This document shows, one piece after another, positions 14,054 to 25,777 of a DNA stretch of 64,000 nt; positions within the stretch are counted from its first letter, which is position 1, and each line of letters opens with the position of its first letter. Both the position numbers and the translations under genes were made by a program. This stretch comes from Paramecium tetraurelia (Eukaryota). Location of the stretch: NCBI GenBank assembly GCA_000165425.1, contig CT868085.1:62001-126000 (forward strand), written 5' to 3'. Below the pieces are notes generated by a model, which was not told the DNA's origin, did no database searches, and was given only the letters and a program-made list of their open reading frames with translations.

Positions 14054-17000
14054 ATGGATGATTAGAATTAGCCAATACTATAAGAATAACCGAAACCCAA
14101 GTAGAAGAAACCCTTGCTTAATACTAAGATGGTCAAGAAACAAAAGATGCAGAATAAGAAGGAGGAGAATTTGAGAGAAATTTTAAATTTCTACACGAAT
14201 CAAGTTGATGCTCGAAAGTTTTTATAAAAAATGAAAGCTGTTGTTGATTCTAATTAGCAAGAAAAGAAATATCAGGATGATTTCCTAAATCCAAACGAAT
14301 ATAATGAAATGTAGGATATTTATGAGGATTATAATATGGGAGATTTAGTCATAGTGTTTCCTAATCCTGATGCAGATGGAGTTAAAAATCCACCAATAAC
14401 ATATAAAGAAGCAGAGAAATTTTATGATGAAACTTTAGCATAAAAAAATGATGATGTCTCAGAATCATAATTAAAAAAGGAAAAAGAAGCATTTTTGTTA
14501 GCTTTTTTGATGTTGGATGACTATTAGGATGATAAAACCAGAAAAAAAATGAAAGAAGAAGAGGAAAAAAAGAAGAAAGAAAAAGAAGAAACTGCAAAAA
14601 AGGAGAATTAAGATTCAGTCGACAATGATTCAAAATCCCCACATATTGATAAGTCTCCACATCTTGAAAAATCAGTTTCAGAAATGAAAATGAAAAAAAC
14701 GTAATAACTTAAACCTAGTCCCACTCCAACTTAGATAAAAAGAGAGAAACAGGCTGCGTCTTAACATTCTCAAAAAGAAAAACCTGAGCGATAAAAATTT
14801 CCCTCATAACATTCTTAGAAGGAGAACAAAGGGTCTAATTAAGAGAAATCTTAAACAAAATAAAGAGATATGGATATGGATTTAAGTGATTTTGATATGG
14901 ATGTGGAAATGGAGGATTCTGAATTACATGAGGACAATGGAGATGGTTAACAAAAAGAAGAGGTTTAAGAAAATGAAGCAGATTAAGAGAATGAGGGTAA
15001 GAAAACAAAAAAGGAATTAAATAGTTATGAGAAATATTTGTAATTTATGGAAAAGTATAAGAAGATAGAGTAAGAGAAATTAGAAAGATTTGAAAAAGAA
15101 GAAAGGGAAGCACAGAATAGAAAGATGAAAGGTTAAGCTTTTAAGAAAGTCAATTAAGATAAGTCTGTGTCTGAAAATGATATTAGTGTGAACCAAATAG
15201 TTTAGTAAAAATCTTAACATGGTACTGGAGATGATACACAATATATGGATCCTATCAAAGAACTGTTTAAAATCAATTTGACTGATGCCAAACAATTTAC
15301 TAAGGTTAAGAAACAAGTTAACTTAGGTAAATATATGGAAAAAGTGAAGGATGAAAATACAAATGAAGAAATTTGGATGTGTAATAATTCGCAACCTAAA
15401 GACTTTATGACTTTGATTAGATTTACTATCATAGAAAAGTTGATGCGTAATGCTTTCTTGCACTGTAGATAATTTATTTCTTCTAATGGTGCCCAAATAT
15501 TTCTAGTTATTAAAAGTACAAAGTAGGTTGTTATGAGACAAGCCTAAAAAGTGAAAGTTGTAAAATAACTTGAATTAGGTTTTGCAGATCTATTCAGTTT
15601 AGAACCAGTTGATTATAAATTAAGACCATTAAGATTAAAAAAGTACTTAAGGTCATATTAATCTAATTCTGAAGAGGATTAAAGAATCTAAGCCAGATTG
15701 ATAGAACTTAGTAATCAAACAAACAAGGAAGAGAAGATCATTTCATTAACTAATATCTCAACTCATTGTGAATAACTATATGATAAAGTGGTTCAATGGA
15801 AACCTTTTGACCTTAGACTTAATCTCATCTTAAAGCAGTTAGAGATAGATATGATATTAAAACCTTTGGCTATTGACTTAAACATTGATCAGAGTCAAGA
15901 GAAAGCTGAAATATTGAATGATGAACCTATCTCAATTCAAGAATGGTAATCATACTTTATTTATCTTGAATGCATACTATGTTTTGGCAAGCAGATCTAA
16001 TCAATTAAAAGAAGTTCCTCTGAAGCCAAAGAAAGATTAAAAGAATTTGAAGCTTTTCTCTATAAACTAGTCTTTCGTAAAGCCATCAGCGATGCCAATG
16101 AACTTTGGTTTAAAAAGTACAAAACCATTTGGAAAGATATTAGTAATAATAGATTTATATTGTTTAACATTTGGGATAGATTAGAGATTTACCCAACTGC
16201 TCCTTACACAGAGTTTTTCATTCCACAAGGGGAATATGGTAGATAGATGTGGAGAAAGTATGAATTCAATGAGAAAAAGTAAAGGTCTGAGTTCTTAAAT
16301 ATGGAAAAGATTAAACTAACTCATGCGATAGTTTTGAAACATATCAACATTTAAAAAATGTTGTAAAGTTAAATAGCTTTATTCTACATTCCTATTCATG
16401 ATCCATATCAATTAAATGGAGAACCTAAAAATTAGTTATTTCAAACTTTGGAAGACAATGAATACATCAATAAACGTAAAAACGACCAAGGCCAAGGAGA
16501 TAAAAAACTTGATGAAGTATTAGTATAATTGAAAGCTCATGCAGAGTCAACTGACTATGATTGTAAATCGGTAAAAGAGGATAGCGCTTTCAATTTAAGA
16601 GTTCCTTGGCATGTACCTATTTAAACTTACCGAGATTATTTTGGAGAAAAAGTTGCAATTTATTTTTTATTTTTAACTTTTTACACTAAATAACTATGGT
16701 ATTTATCTGTAGTTGGCGTCATATTTTAAGGCTTGCAATCGTTAGCCACTCCAGGATTATCAGATACCCTTACTGTTATATTCTCTTCATTAATTATTAT
16801 TTGGAGTACCTTCTTAATTGAATATTGGAGACAAGAGTAAGTGATATTTAGTTTATAATATGGGTAGTAAAATATTGAATAGGTGGCTGCTGAAAGACCA
16901 GCATTTCAGGGTAAATTTATTAGATCCATCACTTCAGATGCATTAAATGAGCGTTTCTATTCTCCATTTAAGAGGTAGATAACTAAGCTATGTGCCTTTG

Positions 17001-18242
17001 GTGTCAGTCTGCTAATCATTGGAATGGTTGTAGGATGTGTCATAGCAATTTTTATTTTTAAGAATAAAATGATAGAAGAAGATTAAAGTGCATTATTGTC
17101 ATAAACACTGCCTGGTATTATGATGTCAGCTTAAATCAATATATTCACTACTGTCTATGCGAATGTTGCTAAAATTTTCAATTTTTTGGAGAATCATAAA
17201 ATCTTATAATCCTTTGAAAATTCACTTGTGGTTAAGAACTTTATTTTTAGATTTGTAAATAAGTATTTACAATATATATTTTAGTTTTAATTCTTTCTTT
17301 CTTGTATCATTTTTGTCAGGATTCTTTCCCAATTTGAACATTTGTAAGGTGAATGAAGAAATAACAAATGATTGTTTCTTGCTACTATCTAATTAGCTTA
17401 GTACTATATTTTCTTCTAATTTGACTGGGAGCATTCCTAAACTAATAACACCATTTGTGAAAGAATTTTCAATGAAAGTATGATTATCATATTGAATATT
17501 TAGTAAATAAAAAATAAACTATTTGTAGAGAAACAAAATACTCACCCTTTCAAGTATATTGACACATAAATTGAAGACTAATTAGGATTGGACCCATATT
17601 AAGATGATAAGGAAGAAGTGGATGGGAGTGTGCTAGATTATTTGGAGATATCTATTTAATTTTCCTACTTAATTTTATTTGGCGTATCATTTCCAGCTTG
17701 TTATATCATGGCTTTTGGATAGAACATTTTAAAAATTCAAGTAGACAAATTGAGATTTTTAAAATTTGTTAGAAGACCATTCCCTGAAGGAGCATCAAGC
17801 ATTGGAAATTGGTTAATTATATTGGATATCATAACTTTTTTGGGCATATTTGTTAATGCAGGGTTGATAGTTTTTACATCAGGATTTTTTACTTCAAATT
17901 AAGAACTCATCTTTCCAGTGATTTTAGTGTCGTTTTTGGTTCTCAAGTACATAATTAGATTTGTTATTCCATCCTATCCAGAATCAGCTAGAATTTTGAC
18001 TGCTCGTCAAAAGTGTATTATTGACAAAGCAGTGAAAGTATTGATATTTCTACACATTTTAGGGATTTTCCTCTTAAAACAGTAAGCCTTTGACTAAAAC
18101 AAACTTTTATTCGAAAATTGGAAATGTGTCTTACGAAAATGACATTGATGAATTGTGTGTTGATGAGATGGAGTATTTGAGAAATATGAGAAATGTTGAT
18201 GGTGAACATATGGATTAAGATCATGTTAAAGAGGAAATCTGA
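14054..18242 (+). CDS. Anoctamin/TMEM16 family protein with long charged N-terminus
   Basis: RDYFGEKVAIYFLFLTFY, FLENHKILQSFENSLVVKNFIF, DYLEISIQFSYLILFGVSFP, RRPFPEGASSIGNW; multiple hydrophobic TM segments; short introns near 17.26, 17.48 and 18.04 kb. Confidence 0.92.
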
Positions 18243-18286
18243 AGGTCTATTTGATAATCCTTGAGATTATTATTTTACTTAATAAA

Positions 18287-19590
18287 ATGGTTAAGTATAA
18301 ATTTATTTAAACCAAATCATCATTATTTAATTTTATTTCAGATTCAATGAAAAATGGAGCTTAACAAAGTTTACTGTTTGCAATATTATCGCCTCACTCA
18401 TGATTTTGATACTGGGCCTACCACATACCACTTCAAATTCTGGGTTATTTCTTATGTTAGAATTGCTGTTCTCGATTATTTTCTTGATTTTGAAATGGAA
18501 ATAAAAGTTCATAAGTAAAACTAATGATTATTACTTGGGAGGTACTCAAATAGTAATGATCATAATTGAAATCGAAATGCTGAAAGAGTTTGCATATGAA
18601 GTATTGCTCTTAAATTATATTACAAGTGATCCTTCATTTACATTATACTAAAATTCTTCGCCTTGATTTAGATTTTGTAATATAAATATTTTAATCGCTC
18701 CTTTTCTTTATCAACTCCAATCAACATCAACGGCATTGTATCCATTTTGGAGAGTTTAGATTGCAAAAGCGAAATCACTCAAAATAGAACAATATTCTAA
18801 AAAGGAGTTGAAATAAAAACATATTATGATATTCCCTCTTATCAAATTCATTCAGATCCAAATAGAATTAAACAAATTATAATGACCTTTCTGTCCAATT
18901 CATTTAAATTTACAGAGCAAGGAAATTTCATAATTTCAGTTCAAACACTCAATGCTGATAAGTCTTAACATATTAAAAGAAGCAATACTCCCTAAATTAT
19001 ACAATATTAAGTTGGAGATCAAATTGTCTAGCAAATTAGAAAAACATTACAAGGAAAATATTACAAGGAAAATATTACGAAAACTTCATCAATAAACTAG
19101 TTTACACAATATCTGTTGAAGATACTGGCTGTGGCATACCAGATAATATCAAACCATAACTATTCAACTTGTTTGCAACTTTTTCAAATTAAAAGATTGA
19201 AAATAAAAGTGGAATAGGGATTGGATTGATGGTTTGTAAGAATCTTGTAGGTCTACTTGTTCCATCAGAAAACATAGATCTTTGGAGTGAATAGAATGTG
19301 GGAACGATGATGACATGTTAAATCTATGCAAAATTACAAGACAATTGAATGAAATCAGCTAGTTATATCAGTTGTTTTAAGTAGGAACACTCTTCCTAAT
19401 ATCTGAGTATTTAGTGACATGATGATTCATCGAATGGGAAAGACACCATTAAGTAATAGTGAGGTCATCTCTTGTGAGAATCTATACAAAAGTGTAAGAA
19501 AAGACTGAAAATGACATTAATGAACCGTCTTCAGAAGATCCTGATTAAACAAAGACAAGTTCATCTAAGAGAATTGAAGTATGATTTGAT
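18287..19590 (+). pseudogene. Decayed sensor histidine kinase (HATPase_c) pseudogene
   Basis: N-box IHSDPNRIKQIIMTFLSNSFKFT, G1 VEDTGCGI, F-box LFNLFATF, G2 GIGIGL. No recognisable H-box; TGA stops at 18664 and 19346; frameshifting 14-bp duplication at 19046-19073. Boundaries approximate. Confidence 0.8.
19046..19073 (+). repeat. 14-bp direct tandem duplication (ATTACAAGGAAAAT x2)
   Basis: Two exact adjacent copies at 19046-19059 and 19060-19073, followed by a partial ATTAC. Confidence 0.95.
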
Positions 19591-19771
19591 AATTAATTTT
19601 GGTTTTATACAAATAAAAATTGAATTTTATAATTCTCCTTCAATAATGCAATATTCTAAGTTTGGTTATGCTAATATTGTTTAGGTTATCCATTCTAAAG
19701 AACATCTAGAGTTTTAAAAACTTCACTTATATTGTCCATATATAATTATTAAATTGTGATGTTATTTTATT

Positions 19772-19809
19772 AAACCCATAAAATCATGGTTTTAATATTC
19801 GTTTATATA
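19772..19809 (+). promoter_or_regulatory. Ciliate snRNA-type promoter: USE (AAACCCATAAAA) plus TATA-like box
   Basis: AAACCCATAAAA at 19772-19783 and TTTATATA at 19802-19809, about 60 and 30 nt upstream of the structured RNA. Resembles the ACCCATAAA upstream element of ciliate snRNA and telomerase RNA genes. Confidence 0.7.
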
Positions 19810-19834
19810 GTGGTTTATTATTAATGATAATTTT

Positions 19835-19926
19835 ACTCATCAGTAGGTGATCCTTACCTTCACCTAATATATGATGAAAAGGAGTTAGAGAAATGATTAA
19901 CGATTCTTCTCTCCACAGCGCTGACT
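19835..19926 (+). ncRNA. U8-like (SNORD118-like) box C/D snoRNA
   Basis: Stem TAGGTGA(19844-50)/TCACCTA(19860-66) presenting ATCCTTACCT; box C ATGATGA 19871-77; stem GGAG..AGAGAA/TTCTTCT CTCC with loop containing TGATTAACG (19894-902); box D CTGA 19921-24. Same motifs and order as vertebrate U8. Ends approximate. Confidence 0.8.
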
Positions 19927-19956
19927 AAAATAAAATTATTATTATATATATATAAC

Positions 19957-22000
19957 TCATTTCTGTCTCCAACTACTGTATGAATAATTAGCCTGTTAAT
20001 TATTTATGGATTGAGAACGAGCTGATTGTGAAGTATTGTCTTGTAATCTCTATGATTACACAGTGCTCTTTTCATATGTGATACCTCTAAGATTGTCGAG
20101 TTCAGCCGACATCATGACAATGATTGTTAAGAGTTCCATAACTTTATCTGATTTATCATATGAATTTTAATTCTATTTGGTGTTTCTAACTCTAGAAAGT
20201 TCAAGAGACAACATTGCAATCTTATTCTCATATTCCTCAATCTGTCTTTTCAATTTCTCTAATTCTGCATTATTATTGTTCATCATGTAGGTTTACTATT
20301 GTTAAGCAATTAGTTATTGATTCTTGGTATTCTATTCCTAAACTTGGGTTTGGAGAGTAGAAACCTATTATTGAAATTATTAAAGTTATCTCTTTAATCT
20401 TTCATTCTCCTGCAGAATTGTGGATGTTTATGTTGACTCATAGTCTTAGATTCTGTTCACACTTGTGTTGGCATTAATTTAATAAGTACTGATTTGAGAT
20501 TAAATAACGTCAAATTGTTTGATTAATTGATCCATATCATATTACTTCTGTTCTAATATTTTTTTTAATCGTTCAATTTCATCTAAAAGTAATTCATTTT
20601 TAGTGGCTGCATCTCTGTTTGTCTTTTCTATTTACCTATAATCCAACATAGCCAATTCCATTTTTTAATACTTTTATCTCCACTCATCTGCATCTGTATT
20701 CAATTATTTTATTAGACTATTCAATCTTTCAATTTCAGTTGTTAAAACAGCTACCTTATGATCTTATTATCTCAATCTCTCATTTTATAATTGAAGCTCT
20801 TGGAATTTCAATTCAAATTGCCTAATCTTTTCTTTGTATTCCTCAAAGATATACTTCTATTTATTTGCATCACTTAAGGCATATTGATTTTATTCGATAA
20901 TCATATTAAGTTGAGATATTTCAGACATTAGAGACTGGTTCTGAGATTGCAAACGAGCAATTTAAGATTCTAATTGGCTATTTTACTCTTAAATTCTAGA
21001 CACTTCATTTCTTAATCTTCTCAACTCGTCTTCACTCAAAGTCCTCAGCTTCAATTGTAATGAGTCTATTTCTAAAACAAGCGTTTCATTGTCTCCCCAT
21101 AATTTACTTACCTCTTTATTTAGTTTAGTAATTTCATTCCTTAATAAAGCTGTTTCACTATTCTCACTTTAAATCTTTGAACTCATGCTTATTGATAATC
21201 TCTTATTCTCAGATTCCATTGATGTTAGATGCGATTCCATTTCTTATAATTTTTATTCCAACAGTCTTACACGATTCTGAGATTACTATAATTACTATCT
21301 TAACACACTGGTATCTTCAAGGGATGACTATTTTCTCCTTAAATCGTCTAATTCTCTCAGCAATTCATCTATATTTATTTACTTTTATTACTAACATTCC
21401 TTCCATTCATTTGTCTTGAAATATCTTCATATTACAATTTCTTTCTCCTCAATTCCTCTAATTCCCTCATCACTTAATCTGCACTTTACCCACCAAACAG
21501 ATTTACTTATTGGTTTAATTGCTTCTAAAATGATGCCAATTGAAGTTCAGCTTGATTCAGTTTAGCTCTCCAATTTGGATCATAGTCTTTTTGGGTTTGC
21601 TATTATCTTCTCAGTTGATCCTCCAAATCCTAGACTGTTTTTTGTAATTTTTCAACATCAATCAATAGAGTACTCTAAGAACTGACATAAAAATAACTAA
21701 AAGCCAATACTTGCTCTGCACTCTAATCTTTTCCATCAAATCCCTAATCTAACTCTCATATTGAACTCTATCCAAATTGGAATCACTATTTGATTGTAGC
21801 TCTGATTTCAATTACGCATTCTCTCTTTGTAATCTCTCGACTTCCACAGCCATTACGAACAATGTAATATCGAGTGGTAATTTAGCTCTTTTTCCTAATT
21901 CTTCAGGAGCTTAAGAGTATCTGACTCTATTATCCTTACTTGATACACTCATCGAAGAACTATATTTGGACATCGTGTATGTTCCGTTTTTGTTTAACAT
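19957..22000 (-). CDS. Coiled-coil protein with repeated (K)IAxLxxEIERL-like motifs
   Basis: MLNKNGTYTMSK... to ...YSSWRQK-TGA. E/Q/K-rich heptads with MAVEVERL, KVAVLTTEIERL, LLLDEIERL, KIAMLSLELSR. Span length implies at least one intron. Confidence 0.8.
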
Positions 22001-22466
22001 AATTATAATTATTGATATTTATCAATTTATTCTAACCTTTGTCAAATATTCAAATTAATGTACAAACTGTAATCTCTACAGTTTACATCAATATAAGTAG
22101 CATAAGCTCAATTAAAGCTGTTATTTATTTACGTATAATTAGATTTTCATAATAATTTAATTTCGATAATAATATAATATCCTGTCTTGAATCGTTTAAA
22201 AGAAGATATTGAACAGATTAGAGGGTTGATTGGATTCAAGTTGAGAATAGATCTTCTAAGGAGTATACTATTGAAGTCAGTTTCCTCTTAAGTGCAATTC
22301 GCAATATCATATGAGGAAATGAAATATTATTGTTAATAACTTCGTTAAGCAGACAAAAGAGTGTATTAACAACTAAGCATTTTTATAATTAATCTATCTT
22401 TTGCAATTTATATTTTTTATTTGTTGAGAAAGGGATTGATTAAAATTTATTAATACTATTTATATA

Positions 22467-24365
22467 ATGAGCAGAATAACTAGGTAAAACTAACGTGCTA
22501 CTTATTCCTTAAATTAGTCAATGACTAATGGATTGCCAGCGTTGACCCCTGATAACATGAATTTGTGTATATCACAGTTTTATGGGAGAAGGCCTACTTA
22601 AAGAATTTATGAGTCACCCAATAATGACATTTATTCAGGAAGATAACACCTTCCATATCAAAAAGACATTGAATAATTAAAGGAGGAAATAATCTATTTG
22701 AAGAAAGAGAATGCTCGACTCAAAGATTAAAATAAGTAACTCTAGTTCTAAATTAAACTTGATGAGGTAACTAGGATAATATCTCTTATTAGAAGGAACA
22801 ATTGGATAAACGAACAACCCAAGAGGTATCTGATGACTAAATCAATTACAATCAAAGTTCAAGATTGGTCGAAAAACTTAAGCAAGCGAGAATGATGTTA
22901 TAGGAGAGATAGGCAGAGATTGATAATTTGAAGAAGAGCACCCGTTATATGAAACTGCAAGAAATGGAAGTATTGTGCTTATAAGTATTGTAAGTTGGAG
23001 TTAGGCAACACAAAATCTAAGTTTGAGATTTTGAACAAACAAATTAATGAAATCTTGAAAACCGAAAATGATGTTCATAAATTCCATAAATTGACAATCC
23101 AAACTGTAGAATTGGAAGAGAAATTGAGGATTCTCTCAAATTGCAATTAAAAGTAGAAGCGAAAAATTCTAAGTTTGAGATAAGAATTATTAACTTGTTA
23201 AGCAATGAAGGATAGATACAGAAAACAATTTGAGTAATGCTAAGTTGATTTTGATAAATATAAGAAAAATCATGAATAGGAAATATAAAAGAAAACCAGG
23301 TACAAAGAGATAATTGATAACTTAAATTAATAATTAACCAATAAGTAGAATGTCATTTAATCAATGTAAATGGAAATAGAAAAATAAAAGTTACTAGTCT
23401 TCTAAAAGTAGAGACAATTTAAGGAATTGGAAGAGTAATATCAAACCAAAAAGTCCTGGTTGACAAACAGAAAGGAGGCAGACACTTCATTTTAAGAAGT
23501 ATTGGATGATAGAGTAAATAAAAATTTAGTTTTGGGTGATGATGATCTTAGTAATTCCTATAAACAGCAATCAGAAACAAAAATTGTATTAGAGGAGGAT
23601 CACAGGGATAGATCATACACTATGTAAAATAGATTAAGTGTGGATTCAGTTAGAGATGAATAAAAATCTCCAAGAGTTTAAAGTTTATAAATCATACCTG
23701 ACATTGAAGTGACCAAATAGAAATTACCAAGGGTCAATCATATTGATGTTGAGGAAATTGGAAAGCGTTTGAAATATTAACTCATGTATTAACAAGTACC
23801 TTTTGAATAGATTAATCAATTTTTTGACCAGAAATCAGAAATAAGCATTGTTGAATTAGTTGATATATTATAAGGAGCTCCCTTTTGTATGCAATAACAG
23901 AAATAGGCTTTGTTGTTGGCCAGATATTTGATTGAAGATAATACACAGCCCTATGTGGAATTCACTCCTTTATAAACGAATGACAATTGTGTGATAAAAA
24001 GTGTTTTGAAAAACATCATAGGGAAATATTAATTATTTGATATTCAATCAGAGTGTCAAATTATGATAAATATTAGCCAATAAATTTGGAAGTTCAGACA
24101 ATCGATTGTTGAGTAAATCAAAATGATTACTGCAAAGAGATCTAGCTCCTAGTATAATGAGCTATGTGATGAGGGTGAATTTAAGATTGCGATTTAGGGT
24201 AGTAATATTCTTTTGGATGAAAGATAAAAGGAGTTTTTAGGGTTTTTTATTTTTAGAGAATTTGACGGTTCAAAATAATTTGATTACAAAATGTTGATTG
24301 ATAAGATTGGGAACCAGAACCCTCAGAATTCACCATCGAAAATTAATCCTTAGCAATTTCAATGA
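22467..24365 (+). CDS. Hypothetical coiled-coil protein
   Basis: MSRIT.. with introns (~22484, ~22767, ~22970); heptad-rich N-terminal half (EEIIYLKKENARLK, LKKSTRYMKLQEME); ends QQFQ-TGA. Confidence 0.75.
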
Positions 24366-24497
24366 ATTCTATGTTTAATTTTGTATTCTGAATATTTTCA
24401 TTAAAATTATACATCACATCTAAAGATATTATATTTGAATTATAAAAGTCACTTAATAAATGGATGTTTTGCAATAATATTTATTCATCCTTTTATA

Positions 24498-24956
24498 ATG
24501 GGCATTTGTTTCGCTAAAACTAAGAAAGATAAGCCATCAAATCTGATACGTCTAATAAAAATAGAAAATGAAAATACAGTCCCCAAACCTTTCACTTTGG
24601 CTGAATTTTAAACCAAGATATTAACCACTTGGTACAGAATGGACATTTTACTAAGCTCATTGGTCACTTGTGATAGAACACTTCAGATTATATTGTTACA
24701 AAAAGCCATTAATCAGATTTTAATGGGTTAAAGTCCAAATCATTAAATGAATGATGTCATAATTGGCATATTATTGGAGCTAATGGAGAAACTAGCCTTT
24801 CAGATTGAAGAATTAATAAGAGAAGAGCTTCTATCAGAAGAAGTCAGTACAAAGTTCTATCAATCTTACACTTAGATTGCATAACTTTCTATGGAATACT
24901 CAAACTGGAAAAATAATTCCACTACTGAGAAAACTCAAGCTTGGAGTTTTATTTGA
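24498..24956 (+). CDS. Small hypothetical protein with putative N-myristoylation/palmitoylation start
   Basis: 459-nt intronless ORF beginning MGICFAKTKKDK (Gly2, Cys4, basic cluster). Confidence 0.7.
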
Positions 24957-24996
24957 AATGTCATATATTTTCTTACTATATTAATTATAATTATAA

Positions 24997-25206
24997 ATGA
25001 ACTAATAAGAATAAGAAAAGTTTAATCAAATCATCTCAAATGGTTACAAAGAACTCATAACCAAAAGACCAAACAAACCTTTAGAGCATTTTATCTATTA
25101 TTTGTTGACATCTTTGCCAGAAGAAATAAGAAACAAAGACCAGATCACTCGTGACTTCTTTGAGCAATATCAGGAAATAGATCTAAAGGATGTCAAGGAG
25201 ATTTGA
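24997..25206 (+). CDS. 69-aa Dpy-30/RIIa-like dimerisation-docking motif protein
   Basis: MNQQEQEKFNQIISNGYKELITKRPNKPLEHFIYYLL...; G-x-x-E-L..RPxxPxxxxxxYL pattern of the Dpy-30 motif. Confidence 0.65.
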
Positions 25207-25777
25207 GAATATTGCATATTGCTTATCATTATTCATTATATATTTTTGAGAGTAAAGCTAATTAAATGTGTTTTTCCAATTAAATATTGAGAGAGCATAA
25301 ATAGAAACCAGGAATCACATGTATAATTCGATATTAGAATATTATACGAGCATATTAATGGATTTGGCACCCAAGATGAGTGAAAATAAAAAAGTAACGA
25401 CCAATTTTTAATTTAGGATAAAATAAGAATTTCTTGCAGGATAATGGGAATTGAGGGCTTTCTAAATGAAATCGAAGAGTTTGGAGGAGAAAATCAGAAA
25501 ATTTTGGCAAATTAATTATTATTTATAAAGTTTATATATAGATTAAAAATTATGTAATTAAGGCGGCAGGGAAATGTTCTATTTTTCTAATTTGTGTTTT
25601 TTTTGTTTTTGATGGTATTATGTTGATGATTTCCAATCTAGTTAGGAACCATTCTTATTTGTATTTAAACCCCCTACATCGATGATTAAATAATTGATTA
25701 AAATATCATATTTAAAGCCTCTAATTTTTTATACTAGAATAAGGTATTAGTTTTTGTAAGAATTATGCATTTTAGGA

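Noticed and set aside
14382..15432. Hydrophobic F/L-rich minus-strand ORFs in the track (also 28151-28378, 40501-40761, 46201-46569)
   Set aside because: Antisense shadows of E/K-rich real genes on the opposite strand.
19925..19956. GT..AG intron-like segment on the minus strand immediately after the TGA at 19957, suggesting an extra exon
   Set aside because: The in-frame TGA precedes it, and the putative exon is better explained as the antisense of the U8-like RNA.
25358..25775. Long TGA-free + frame and an intron-like segment upstream of the BRWD gene
   Set aside because: No recognisable protein, and long TGA-free frames are common in AT-rich DNA under table 6. It may be 5' UTR or a relic, and I could not join it reliably to the BRWD frame.
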